This document shows, in pieces, positions 38,280 to 46,497 of a stretch of DNA of 64,000 nt (positions are counted from its first letter, which is position 1; every line of letters begins with the position of its first letter). A model generated the notes under the pieces. The model made no database searches. It was given only the letters and a program-made list of their open reading frames with translations, and had not been told where the DNA came from. The DNA comes from Eubacteriales bacterium (GTDB lineage: Bacteria > Bacillota > Clostridia > Lachnospirales > Lachnospiraceae): contig JAUNPS010000026.1 in assembly GCA_030536575.1 (NCBI GenBank), forward strand, positions 361 to 64,360, written 5' to 3'. Position numbers and translations under genes: made by a program.

Positions 38280-38717
38280 ATGGATTTAGAAACATTGAGA
38301 AAAGACATGGTTGCGGCCATGAAAGCAAAGGATAAACCCAGAAAAGAAGCGATCTCATCCCTGATCTCCGCGGTGAAAAAGGTCGGAATCGACGCCGGAT
38401 GCCGGGAGGATATCCCCGCAGATATGGTAGACCAGACCATTTTGAAGGAATTAAAAACCGTGAAGGAGCAGATCGATACCTGCCCGGCTGAGCGCACGGA
38501 TTTGCTGGAAGAATATAAATTCCGCTATGAGGTGATTCAGGCTTATGCGCCGGTACAGATGTCCGCAGAGGAAATTAAGGCCTACATTCTGGAGAAATTT
38601 GCGGACGTCGCCGCCACGAAGAACAAGGGGCAGATCATGAAAGCCGTGATGGGCGACCTGAAAGGAAAAGCAGACGGCAAATTAATCAATCAGGTGGTAG
38701 CCGGGCTTTGCGAATAG
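38280..38717 (+). CDS. GatB/YqeY domain protein
   Basis: LRKDMVAAMKAKDK...KGQIMKAVM..LKGKADGKLINQVV. Confidence 0.9.
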   Translation: MDLETLRKDMVAAMKAKDKPRKEAISSLISAVKKVGIDAGCREDIPADMVDQTILKELKTVKEQIDTCPAERTDLLEEYKFRYEVIQAYAPVQMSAEEIKAYILEKFADVAATKNKGQIMKAVMGDLKGKADGKLINQVVAGLCE

Positions 38718-39673
38718 AGGAGAATACAGGACAGCGGACGCAGGCAGATGTGTCCGCTGATTCTTTCCGGAGCCGTTATGAGCGCTGTACGCTGTGCCCC
38801 AGGGCGTGCGGCGTGAACCGGAATGCCGGAAAAACGGGATTCTGCCGGATGGATGCCAGGATGTTCGGGGCGCGGGCGGCGCTCCATATGTGGGAGGAGC
38901 CGTGCATTTCCGGGGAGACCGGTTCGGGGACGGTCTTTTTTTCGGGGTGTACGCTGGGATGTATCTATTGTCAGAATTATGAGATTGCCAGGGCGCAGGT
39001 CGGGAGGGAAGTGACGGTGCCGCGGCTGGCGGAAATTTTCCTGGAATTGCAGGAGAAGAAGGCGGTGAATGTGAATCTGGTGACGCCGACGCATTATGCG
39101 CCGTCGATTCTGGAGGCACTGAAGCTTGCGCGGAAGCAGGGGCTTGTGATTCCGGCGGTTTACAACTGCAGCGGGTATGAGAGCGTGGAGGCCCTGCGGA
39201 TGCTGGACGGCTGGATTGATATTTATCTGACGGATTTTAAGTATATGGAACCGGAGCTGGCGGCGCGGTATTCCAGGGCGGCGGATTATCCGGAGAGGGC
39301 GAAGGAGGCGCTGGCGGAGATGGTGCGCCAGACCGGGGAGGCGGTTTTTGAGGAAAATGGGATGATGAGGCGGGGGACGATTGTCCGGCATTTGCTGCTT
39401 CCGGGGCATGTGAGGAATGCGAAAGAGGTCGTGAAGTATGTTTTTGAGACTTATGGGAACCGGGTGTGGATTAGTCTGATGAATCAGTATACGCCGGTGG
39501 AGAAGGCGGAGCGGCTGAGGGAGGCGCCGGAGTTGAAGCGGAAGGTGACGAAGAGGGAGTATGAGGCGCTGGTGGATTATGCGGTGGAGATTGGGGTGGA
39601 GAATGGATTTATTCAGGAGGGGGAGACGGCGGAGGAGAGCTTTATTCCGGCGTTTGATTTTGAGGGATTGTGA
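38708..39673 (+). CDS. Radical SAM protein, PflX-like (PFL-activating enzyme family)
   Basis: CTLCPRACGVNR, HMWEEPCISG, CTLGCIYCQN (CxxxCxxC), VRHLLLPG, SLMNQYTP. Confidence 0.88.
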   Translation: MRIEENTGQRTQADVSADSFRSRYERCTLCPRACGVNRNAGKTGFCRMDARMFGARAALHMWEEPCISGETGSGTVFFSGCTLGCIYCQNYEIARAQVGREVTVPRLAEIFLELQEKKAVNVNLVTPTHYAPSILEALKLARKQGLVIPAVYNCSGYESVEALRMLDGWIDIYLTDFKYMEPELAARYSRAADYPERAKEALAEMVRQTGEAVFEENGMMRRGTIVRHLLLPGHVRNAKEVVKYVFETYGNRVWISLMNQYTPVEKAERLREAPELKRKVTKREYEALVDYAVEIGVENGFIQEGETAEESFIPAFDFEGL

Positions 39674-39688
39674 GAGGGCTTCGCGCGG

Positions 39689-39720
39689 GGCGGTGTGCGG
39701 ATACACACCGCCTATTTTAT
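39689..39720 (+). terminator. Intrinsic terminator after the radical SAM gene
   Basis: GGCGGTGTG-CGGATA-CACACCGCC followed by TATTTT. Confidence 0.7.
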
Positions 39721-39850
39721 GGACTTTGGCCTGTTGAGCACGGCAGAGTTTTTTGTGTCCTGAAATTGGGGGAAATGCGGATCAGATAATGGATCAGTTC
39801 CCTACCTCGCGCCCGCGTCGTAGGCATTGACAATTTCGGACACAGTTATT

Positions 39851-40153
39851 TTAGAAATTACTCGGCGTATAACGTACTGTGACAATATGCACCTCTTTCT
39901 TTGGTTTCAGCACACGGTAAATAATAACATAATTTTTCACGAACAACTGGCGATAATTCCTGTTTGCATAAGATCCCACGCGTCGGATCGCTCCGCGCTC
40001 CGGTAACTGCTCCAAACTGAAAATCGCGGTTTCCAATTCGTCAATCATACTTAAAGCGGTGCCGGGTTCTGACAGATTTTCTGCGATATAGGTATAGATA
40101 TCCTCTAAGTCCCGGTAAGCGCGGGCATAAAGTTTGACAACGTATTTATCCAA
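39851..40153 (-). CDS. Type II TA toxin, RelE/ParE family
   Basis: 100 aa from a TTG overlapping the antitoxin stop; YVVKLYARAYRDLEDIYTYIA...YRQLFVKNYVIIYRV. Confidence 0.88.
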   Translation of the reverse strand: MDKYVVKLYARAYRDLEDIYTYIAENLSEPGTALSMIDELETAIFSLEQLPERGAIRRVGSYANRNYRQLFVKNYVIIYRVLKPKKEVHIVTVRYTPSNF

Positions 40154-40409
40154 AGTGTTTCCTCCGCAAAGAGGAAAGAGATTCCCTCGCATCCAGAAGT
40201 ACGCCATCAGCAACGTATTCCCTTTCCGCTTCGGTGATTGCTGCGTCTGTACGCGCTGTTTCTATCATTTCCTCGTATGTTTCGATGCTCATAATCACTA
40301 AATCCCCGTAACCGTTCTTTGTGATAAAAAGCGGTTCGCGTCTTGCATGGCAAAGCTCGGAAATTTCTGTGGTATTTCTAAGATCTGTAATCGGTCGAAT
40401 CTGCGGCAT
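40146..40409 (-). CDS. Type II TA antitoxin, Phd/YefM family
   Basis: MPQIRPITDLRN...PLFITKNGYGDLVIMSIETYE; RBS AAGGAG; promoter TTGTAT-17-TATAAT at 40464-40436 inside a CTTGTAT/ATACAAG inverted repeat. Confidence 0.9.
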   Translation of the reverse strand: MPQIRPITDLRNTTEISELCHARREPLFITKNGYGDLVIMSIETYEEMIETARTDAAITEAEREYVADGVLLDARESLSSLRRKHFG

Positions 40410-40660
40410 ATTATGCATCTCCTTTCTTGTATATTATTATAGCGGAATTATGCTCAAAATACAAGCCCGCCTTGTTACTTTTCGCTGTTTCGCATTTTCC
40501 TCGTACCGATGCAGATGGCGGGCATTTCAACCAGGTCAGATTAGATTTTGTGGGAATTGTGCAGAGCATCGAGATTGCCGGAAAAGGGGAGTATGCTGGA
40601 CGGCTCCCAGGATGTTTATGGTGCGGGCGAAGGAGTGTGTCAGGCCGGGGCCTGCGTATT

Positions 40661-41896
40661 TCAGTACGCAGGCTCCGCATAAATTTCATAAACCTCATCC
40701 AGCTCATTTAACGCAAGCGCGGTTTCCCGGCTCATATGAGCGGCAAACCCATAAACGATAAGCCCATGTTCCTCCACGTACTCTGCGGCATTCCGGAATT
40801 CCTCCGGATTCTGTCCCATCATCTCCAAAAAGGCGGTCTGCTTGGCCATGTAGCGAAGCATGCTTGTGAAATGCGTTTTCATAAACGCTTCGTCTTTCAT
40901 GCTTTCTTCCAACACATCCGGGTCGTCTTCGGATTGCCAAAGCAGCAGATTCGGATACGTCTCATTGTCCCAGTTTAACGAGGTGGAAGTCAGGAGGTCA
41001 CATTGGAAACCAAGGTTGTCTGTCAGAAACAGGCTCTCCGGGTAGGCGCTGGTACGGACGGCACACCAAATCGAAGCAAAGCCTTCCTTCCCATCCAGAA
41101 ATTCCATGAATTCTTTATAAGTCATCAGAGAATCCAGAGAAACATAACAAATATATTTGGCGTTCGGGTCCAGATTTTCCAATGTCTCAGCAGCCTGTAC
41201 CGGGTCTCCGGCGGCACAGTGGAGCAGGCCGTCGTTTTCCTGAGACTGTTCGGTCAGAGATTTCGTTGAATTGGAGGAGGACTGGAACCATGCGAAACAG
41301 TTCCCGGTAGGACGTTTCAGCAGGTTCATATCATAAAGCAAAAGCTTATTTTTTCGGATTTTCCCGGATACATTGGTAAAATTACCATTTAAGCTGGTGG
41401 TTTGGTGGAGGAAAATGTCATAGTCGCCGTAGCCGTTCTGATCAACCGTGACAGAATCTCCGAAATAACCCGGCACGGCCAGTTCTGTGTAAACCGCCAG
41501 ATCCAGGCTGATCTGATTCGTATGTTCCGCGATTTCTTTCCCTGGATTATAGTAAAAAGCTGAGACAATCCGCGGCAGGGCAAACTGGACGAACAATGTA
41601 AAGGCCAGCGCCAGCGCCAGAACGGCCGCTCCCAGTTTCAAAAAGGCGCGGCGGATGGAACGGTTGACCAGCCGGACAAAATCGGCTTCCGAGCGATTGG
41701 AGGGAATGTCCTTTTCAGAAGAATGGCCATCCGATTGCCCCAAAATCTCATCAAGTCCCGGAACCGTCTCTTCCGCATACAGAAATTCGCTGATCGCTTC
41801 CTGTTTTTCAATGTCCGCTTCAACCTGGGCTTCCTGCTGGCCGTTTAGTTTTCCTTCCTTGTAGAGCTTTAACAATTCACGATAAGTCATAACCAT
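40661..41896 (-). CDS. Membrane-bound anti-sigma factor (sigma-factor regulator N/C domain type)
   Basis: MTYRELLKLYKEGKL N-terminus, single TM, large extracytoplasmic part; overlaps the ECF sigma stop. Confidence 0.75.
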   Translation of the reverse strand: MVMTYRELLKLYKEGKLNGQQEAQVEADIEKQEAISEFLYAEETVPGLDEILGQSDGHSSEKDIPSNRSEADFVRLVNRSIRRAFLKLGAAVLALALAFTLFVQFALPRIVSAFYYNPGKEIAEHTNQISLDLAVYTELAVPGYFGDSVTVDQNGYGDYDIFLHQTTSLNGNFTNVSGKIRKNKLLLYDMNLLKRPTGNCFAWFQSSSNSTKSLTEQSQENDGLLHCAAGDPVQAAETLENLDPNAKYICYVSLDSLMTYKEFMEFLDGKEGFASIWCAVRTSAYPESLFLTDNLGFQCDLLTSTSLNWDNETYPNLLLWQSEDDPDVLEESMKDEAFMKTHFTSMLRYMAKQTAFLEMMGQNPEEFRNAAEYVEEHGLIVYGFAAHMSRETALALNELDEVYEIYAEPAY

Positions 41897-42383
41897 TCAC
41901 CTCCATAGAATGTTTGAGTTCCTTTTTCGCCCGGAATGCGAGTACCCGGACATTTTCCGGCGTAATCTGCAAAACGGCGGCGATTTCTTTCTGCGTCATT
42001 TGGCTCCAATACTGCATGATCAGAATTTCCCGTTTACGCGGCTCCAGGTGTTTCATTGCCTCGAAAAGCGCTTTTTTTCGCTCGTCCTGGATGAAGCGGT
42101 TCAGAGGATCGTCTTGGGAAGAGAAATCCGGGGGCGGTTCGGCCTGCTCCATGGAAACCGCCCGGCCTGCTTTTTTCAGGCTGTTCAGGCAGAGGTTTCG
42201 GGCGACCAGGTAGAGCCAGGCACGCATGTTCGGGTGGTGGTCGCCAAGGGAGAGGATGGCCTTTAAGAAGGTTTCCTGAAGGAGATCTTCGGCCAGGGGA
42301 TGGCTTTGGCACAGGGAGTAGAGATATAGATAGAGCTCCCGGTGGTAGCGGTTATACAATTCGAGTAATATTTGATGATCCAT
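41877..42383 (-). CDS. ECF RNA polymerase sigma factor
   Basis: AEDLLQETFLKA (region 2), AWLYLVARN, MTQKEIAAVLQITPENVRVLAFRA (region 4). Confidence 0.93.
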   Translation of the reverse strand: MDHQILLELYNRYHRELYLYLYSLCQSHPLAEDLLQETFLKAILSLGDHHPNMRAWLYLVARNLCLNSLKKAGRAVSMEQAEPPPDFSSQDDPLNRFIQDERKKALFEAMKHLEPRKREILIMQYWSQMTQKEIAAVLQITPENVRVLAFRAKKELKHSMEVNGYDLS

Positions 42384-42640
42384 CCCCTCACCTCCCCTTT
42401 TTGGTTTCTTTTATTATATAACAATCTGGCTGAGAAAATGTTACAGGCTCTTTACGTTGGAAAACAGCCATGCTATACTAAATGAAAAGTCCGCGGAAGC
42501 CATTGCCATTTCCTTTTTCCGGGCAAAGTAAAACGGAGAGTTCGGGAGAGCGGCATACCACGGGCCGTTTCATAGAGAATGACGCCCGCATACAGGGCGC
42601 GGAGATTGAAACAGAGAAATTTTATCCTGGAGGAACCAAC

Positions 42641-43921
42641 ATGAGTAATTACCGTATCGAAACAAAATGCCTGCACTCCGGCTACAAACCAGGCAAAGGC
42701 GAACCCCGCCAGCTTCCCATCTACCAGAGCACAACCTTCAAATACGACACCACCGACGAAATGGGAAAGCTCTTCGACCTGGAAGAAGAAGGCTATTTCT
42801 ATACCAGACTGCAAAACCCCACCAACGACGCAGTAGCCGCCAAAATCGCCGACCTAGAAGGCGGCGTCGGTGCTATCCTGACCTCATCCGGCCAGGCTGC
42901 AACCTTCTATTCCATCTTTAACATCTGCGAAGCAGGCGACCACGTGGTCTGTTCCTCCACCGTTTACGGCGGAACCTTTAACCTGCTGGGCGTTACCATG
43001 AAAAAACTGGGAATCGAAAGCACCTTCGTCGATCCGGACGCCCCGGTGGAAGAACTGAACAAAGCCTTCCGCCCGAATACGAAAGCAGTCTTTGCGGAAA
43101 CCATTGCAAATCCGGCGCTGGTGGTTCTGGATATCGAAAAATTTGCGAAAATTGCACACGAACACGAAGTACCGTTAATCGTTGACAATACGTTCGCCAC
43201 GCCGGTAAACTGCCGTCCCTTCGAATGGGGCGCGGATATCGTGACCCATTCCACGACAAAATATATGGATGGCCACGCGGCGCAGGTCGGCGGCGTTATC
43301 GTTGACAGCGGAAACTTCGACTGGGCGAAATACGGTGACAAATACCATGGCCTTACCACGCCCGACGAGTCCTATCACGGCATCGTTTACACGGAACGTT
43401 TCGGAAAACTGGCCTACATCACAAAGGCGACCTCCCAGCTCATGCGCGACCTGGGTTCGATCCCGTCCCCGCAGAACTGCTTCATTTTGAATCTGGGGCT
43501 GGAGAGTCTTCCCCTGCGCGTGGAACGCCATTGCTACAATGCGCAGAAAGTCGCAGAATACTTAAACGCCCACGAAAAAGTATCCCACGTAAATTTCGCC
43601 GGACTTCCGGGTGACAAATACCACGAGCTGGCGAAAAAATACATGCCGAAAGGAACCTGCGGCGTCATTTCCTTCGAGCTGACCGGCGGCAGGGAAGCGG
43701 CCGTGCGGTTCATGGACAGCCTGAAGCTGGCCACCATCGCCACCCATGTGGCGGATGCGAAGACCTGCGTGCTGCACCCGGCCAGCCACACGCACCGGCA
43801 GATGAATGATGAAGAGCTGGCGGCGGCAGGGGTATCGCCGGGCATGATCCGGTTCTCGGTGGGAATTGAGAATGCGGAGGATATTATTGAAGATTTAGAG
43901 CAGGCGCTTGCGAATGCGTGA
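42641..43921 (+). CDS. metY: O-acetylhomoserine aminocarboxypropyltransferase / cysteine synthase family PLP enzyme
   Basis: PIYQSTTF, YTRLQNPT, SSGQAA, VDNTFATP, HSTTK PLP lysine, HPASHTHRQ, RFSVGIE. Confidence 0.93.
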   Translation: MSNYRIETKCLHSGYKPGKGEPRQLPIYQSTTFKYDTTDEMGKLFDLEEEGYFYTRLQNPTNDAVAAKIADLEGGVGAILTSSGQAATFYSIFNICEAGDHVVCSSTVYGGTFNLLGVTMKKLGIESTFVDPDAPVEELNKAFRPNTKAVFAETIANPALVVLDIEKFAKIAHEHEVPLIVDNTFATPVNCRPFEWGADIVTHSTTKYMDGHAAQVGGVIVDSGNFDWAKYGDKYHGLTTPDESYHGIVYTERFGKLAYITKATSQLMRDLGSIPSPQNCFILNLGLESLPLRVERHCYNAQKVAEYLNAHEKVSHVNFAGLPGDKYHELAKKYMPKGTCGVISFELTGGREAAVRFMDSLKLATIATHVADAKTCVLHPASHTHRQMNDEELAAAGVSPGMIRFSVGIENAEDIIEDLEQALANA

Positions 43922-43929
43922 GCGGTTGG

Positions 43930-43961
43930 CGGCGGTGTCACTTGGGGGCACCGCCGTTTTT
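43930..43961 (+). terminator. Intrinsic terminator after metY
   Basis: CGGCGGTGTC-ACTTGGG-GGCACCGCCG followed by TTTTT. Confidence 0.8.
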
Positions 43962-44041
43962 GCTGTTCGGGCATGGCCTGGTCGTCTGTTAAAAAAATAA
44001 CCGAATTATTTGAAAAAACGTCCAATATTCAGAAAATTTTA

Positions 44042-44070
44042 TTGTAATTTTCCCCCGAATCCTGTATAAT
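44042..44070 (+). promoter_or_regulatory. Sigma70 promoter of the formate dehydrogenase operon
   Basis: TTGTAA-17-TATAAT with extended TG. Confidence 0.7.
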
Positions 44071-44134
44071 AAATCTGTTAAAAATCGAGAAAACATGTGT
44101 GGTTTGCATAAAAAACAAAGGAGGTATGTTTCAA

Positions 44135-44617
44135 ATGCTTGATCAGTCGTATTACGCAAAAGCGGATGAAATCATTGCGCGTTACGGCAAAAAGCCAGGC
44201 TCTCTGATCCCGATTATGCAGGATATCCAGGAGGAGTACCGCTACCTGCCCGGAGAGCTCTTGTCCTACGCCGCAAGCCAGATCGGCGTCACCGAAGCGA
44301 AAGCCTGCAGCGTGGCGACCTTTTACGAGAACTTTTCCTTCGACGAAAAAGGAAAATACGTGATTAAGGTCTGCGACGGCACCGCCTGCCACGTCCGCAA
44401 ATCCATGCCGGTACTGGAAGCCCTGTATAAAAAACTGGGCCTGAGCAAAACCAAAAAGACCACGGACGACATGCTGTTCACCGTCGAAACCGTATCCTGC
44501 CTGGGCGCCTGCGGCCTGGCCCCGACCATGATGGTAAATGAAGAAGTCCACCCCCGCATGACCCCCGAAAAAGCGGAAGCATTGATCGATCAACTGAGAG
44601 GAGGCGAACAGGTATGA
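44135..44617 (+). CDS. NuoE/HydC/HylC-like [2Fe-2S] subunit
   Basis: VCDGTACH...SCLGACG thioredoxin-like 2Fe-2S motifs; RBS AGGAGG. Confidence 0.92.
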   Translation: MLDQSYYAKADEIIARYGKKPGSLIPIMQDIQEEYRYLPGELLSYAASQIGVTEAKACSVATFYENFSFDEKGKYVIKVCDGTACHVRKSMPVLEALYKKLGLSKTKKTTDDMLFTVETVSCLGACGLAPTMMVNEEVHPRMTPEKAEALIDQLRGGEQV

Positions 44618-46491
44618 TCCGAAGCAGAGAAGCATTGCAGCAGATGAGAGAAGAAGCGGAGAAAGCCTTGCATTCCTACGATTGCCGAATCCTTGTCTGT
44701 TCCGGAACTGGCTGTATCGCCACCGGTTCCCATAAGATCTATGACAAATTTTTAGAGATTGCCAAAGACGCCCCCGGCGTCACCATCGAATTTGGCCCCC
44801 ACGACGAAAAAGCCCACGTGGGCGTGAAGAAAACCGGCTGCCAGGGCGTCTGCGAACTGGGCCCCCTCGTCCGCATCCAGAAAGGCGACGACGTGATCCA
44901 GTACACGAAGGTGCAGTTGGACGACTGCCAGGAAATTTTCGAAAAGAGCGTCCAGGGCAATGAAGTGATCGAACGCCTCCTCTACCAGAAAGGCGGAAAA
45001 GTCAGCAAAGGCCCCGACGACATTCCCTTTATCGCCAAGCAGACCCGTATCGTCCTGAAAAACTGCGGAAAATTCGACGCGGAATCCCTGGAAGAATACA
45101 TCGCCAGCGGCGGTTTCCAGGCTCTCACAAAAGCCATGTACGAAATGGACCCCGACCTGGTAGTGGATGAAGTGGATAAGTCCGGCATCCGCGGACGCGG
45201 CGGCGGCGGCTTCCCGGCCGGCCAGAAGTGGAAACAGGTAGCCCGCCAGGCCGACCCGGTGCACTACGTGGTCTGTAACGGAGATGAAGGCGATCCCGGC
45301 GCATTCATGGACGGTTCCGTTATGGAAGGCGATCCTTACCGCCTGATCGAAGGTATGATGCTGGCCGCCTATGCAGTTCGGGCACAGCACGGCTATATTT
45401 ACGTGCGTGCAGAGTATCCGAACTCCGTTGCACGCCTGAAACACGCCATCAAGGTGCTGGAAGAAGCCGGACTTTTGGGGGACAATATCCTCGGCACCGA
45501 CTTCAGTTTCCACATGCACATTAACCGCGGCGCCGGCGCTTTCGTCTGCGGCGAAGGAAGCGCCCTGACGGCCTCCATCGAAGGAAGCCGCGGCATGCCC
45601 CGCGTAAAACCGCCCCGAACCGTCGAACAGGGCCTCTGGGCGAAACCTACGGTTTTAAATAATGTTGAAACCTACGCGAACATTCCGGAAATTATCCTGA
45701 AAGGAGCAGACTGGTATCGCAGCATCGGCACCGAAGGTTCTCCGGGAACGAAAACCTTCTCCCTGACCGGAAGCATCGAAAACACCGGCCTGATCGAAGT
45801 CCCTATGGGAACCACCCTCCGGGAAATCATTTTCGATATCGGCGGCGGCTTAAAATCCGGCGCGGCCTTTAAGGCGGTACAGATCGGCGGCCCCTCCGGC
45901 GGCTGTCTGACCGAAGCGCACCTGGATGTGCCCCTGGATTTCGACTCCGTAAAGAAATACGGCGCGATCGTGGGTTCCGGCGGACTGGTTGTTATGGATG
46001 AACATACCTGCATGGTCGAAGTCGCCCGGTTCTTCATGGGCTTCACCCAGCGGGAATCCTGCGGAAAATGCGGCCCCTGCCGGATCGGCACGAAGCGGAT
46101 GCTGGAAATCCTCGAAAAGATCGTGGCAGGAAACGGCGAGATGGAAGACCTGGAAAAACTGGAGCACCTGGGCCGTTTCGTCAAAGACCGCTCCCTGTGC
46201 GGCCTTGGCAAGAGCGCACCCCTTCCGGTGCTTTCCACCCTGCAGAATTTCCGGGATGAATACATCGAACACATTGTGGATAAAAAATGCGCGGCTCACG
46301 TCTGTAAATCCATGCGTACTTATGTCATTGATCCTGAAAAATGTAAAGGCTGTACGAAATGCGCAAGGAACTGTCCGGTCAGCGCGATCACCGGAAACAA
46401 AAAAGAACCGCATACAATTGATACCTCCAAATGCATTAAGTGCGGAACGTGTCAGGATAACTGCCCATTTGGCGCAATCTACGTGAACTAA
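44614..46491 (+). CDS. NuoF/HydB/HylB-like FMN, NAD(P)-binding subunit of an electron-bifurcating-type complex
   Basis: N-terminal 2Fe-2S (CSGTGC..CQGVC), GRGGGGFP, NGDEGDPGAFMD, SLBB domain, ESCGKCGPC..CGLG, EH..KKC..HVC and two C-terminal 4Fe-4S. Confidence 0.92.
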   Translation: MIRSREALQQMREEAEKALHSYDCRILVCSGTGCIATGSHKIYDKFLEIAKDAPGVTIEFGPHDEKAHVGVKKTGCQGVCELGPLVRIQKGDDVIQYTKVQLDDCQEIFEKSVQGNEVIERLLYQKGGKVSKGPDDIPFIAKQTRIVLKNCGKFDAESLEEYIASGGFQALTKAMYEMDPDLVVDEVDKSGIRGRGGGGFPAGQKWKQVARQADPVHYVVCNGDEGDPGAFMDGSVMEGDPYRLIEGMMLAAYAVRAQHGYIYVRAEYPNSVARLKHAIKVLEEAGLLGDNILGTDFSFHMHINRGAGAFVCGEGSALTASIEGSRGMPRVKPPRTVEQGLWAKPTVLNNVETYANIPEIILKGADWYRSIGTEGSPGTKTFSLTGSIENTGLIEVPMGTTLREIIFDIGGGLKSGAAFKAVQIGGPSGGCLTEAHLDVPLDFDSVKKYGAIVGSGGLVVMDEHTCMVEVARFFMGFTQRESCGKCGPCRIGTKRMLEILEKIVAGNGEMEDLEKLEHLGRFVKDRSLCGLGKSAPLPVLSTLQNFRDEYIEHIVDKKCAAHVCKSMRTYVIDPEKCKGCTKCARNCPVSAITGNKKEPHTIDTSKCIKCGTCQDNCPFGAIYVN

Positions 46492-46497
46492 GGAGGG

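Noticed and set aside
40466-40660. Pseudogene between the Phd antitoxin and the anti-sigma gene
   Set aside because: No frame gave a peptide I could recognise; left uncalled.
42486-42640. SAM-I riboswitch or Met/Cys T-box in the ~155-nt metY leader
   Set aside because: Some stems exist (AAACGG/CCGTTT, CGCCC/GGGCG), but neither the S-box core nor the T-box GGTGGNACC antiterminator is visible; it needs an Rfam scan.
43986-44003. Rex operator upstream of the FDH promoter
   Set aside because: CTGTTAA-AAAA-ATAACCG matches only 10 of 14 positions of TTGTTAA-N4-TTAACAA in AT-rich DNA; too weak to call.
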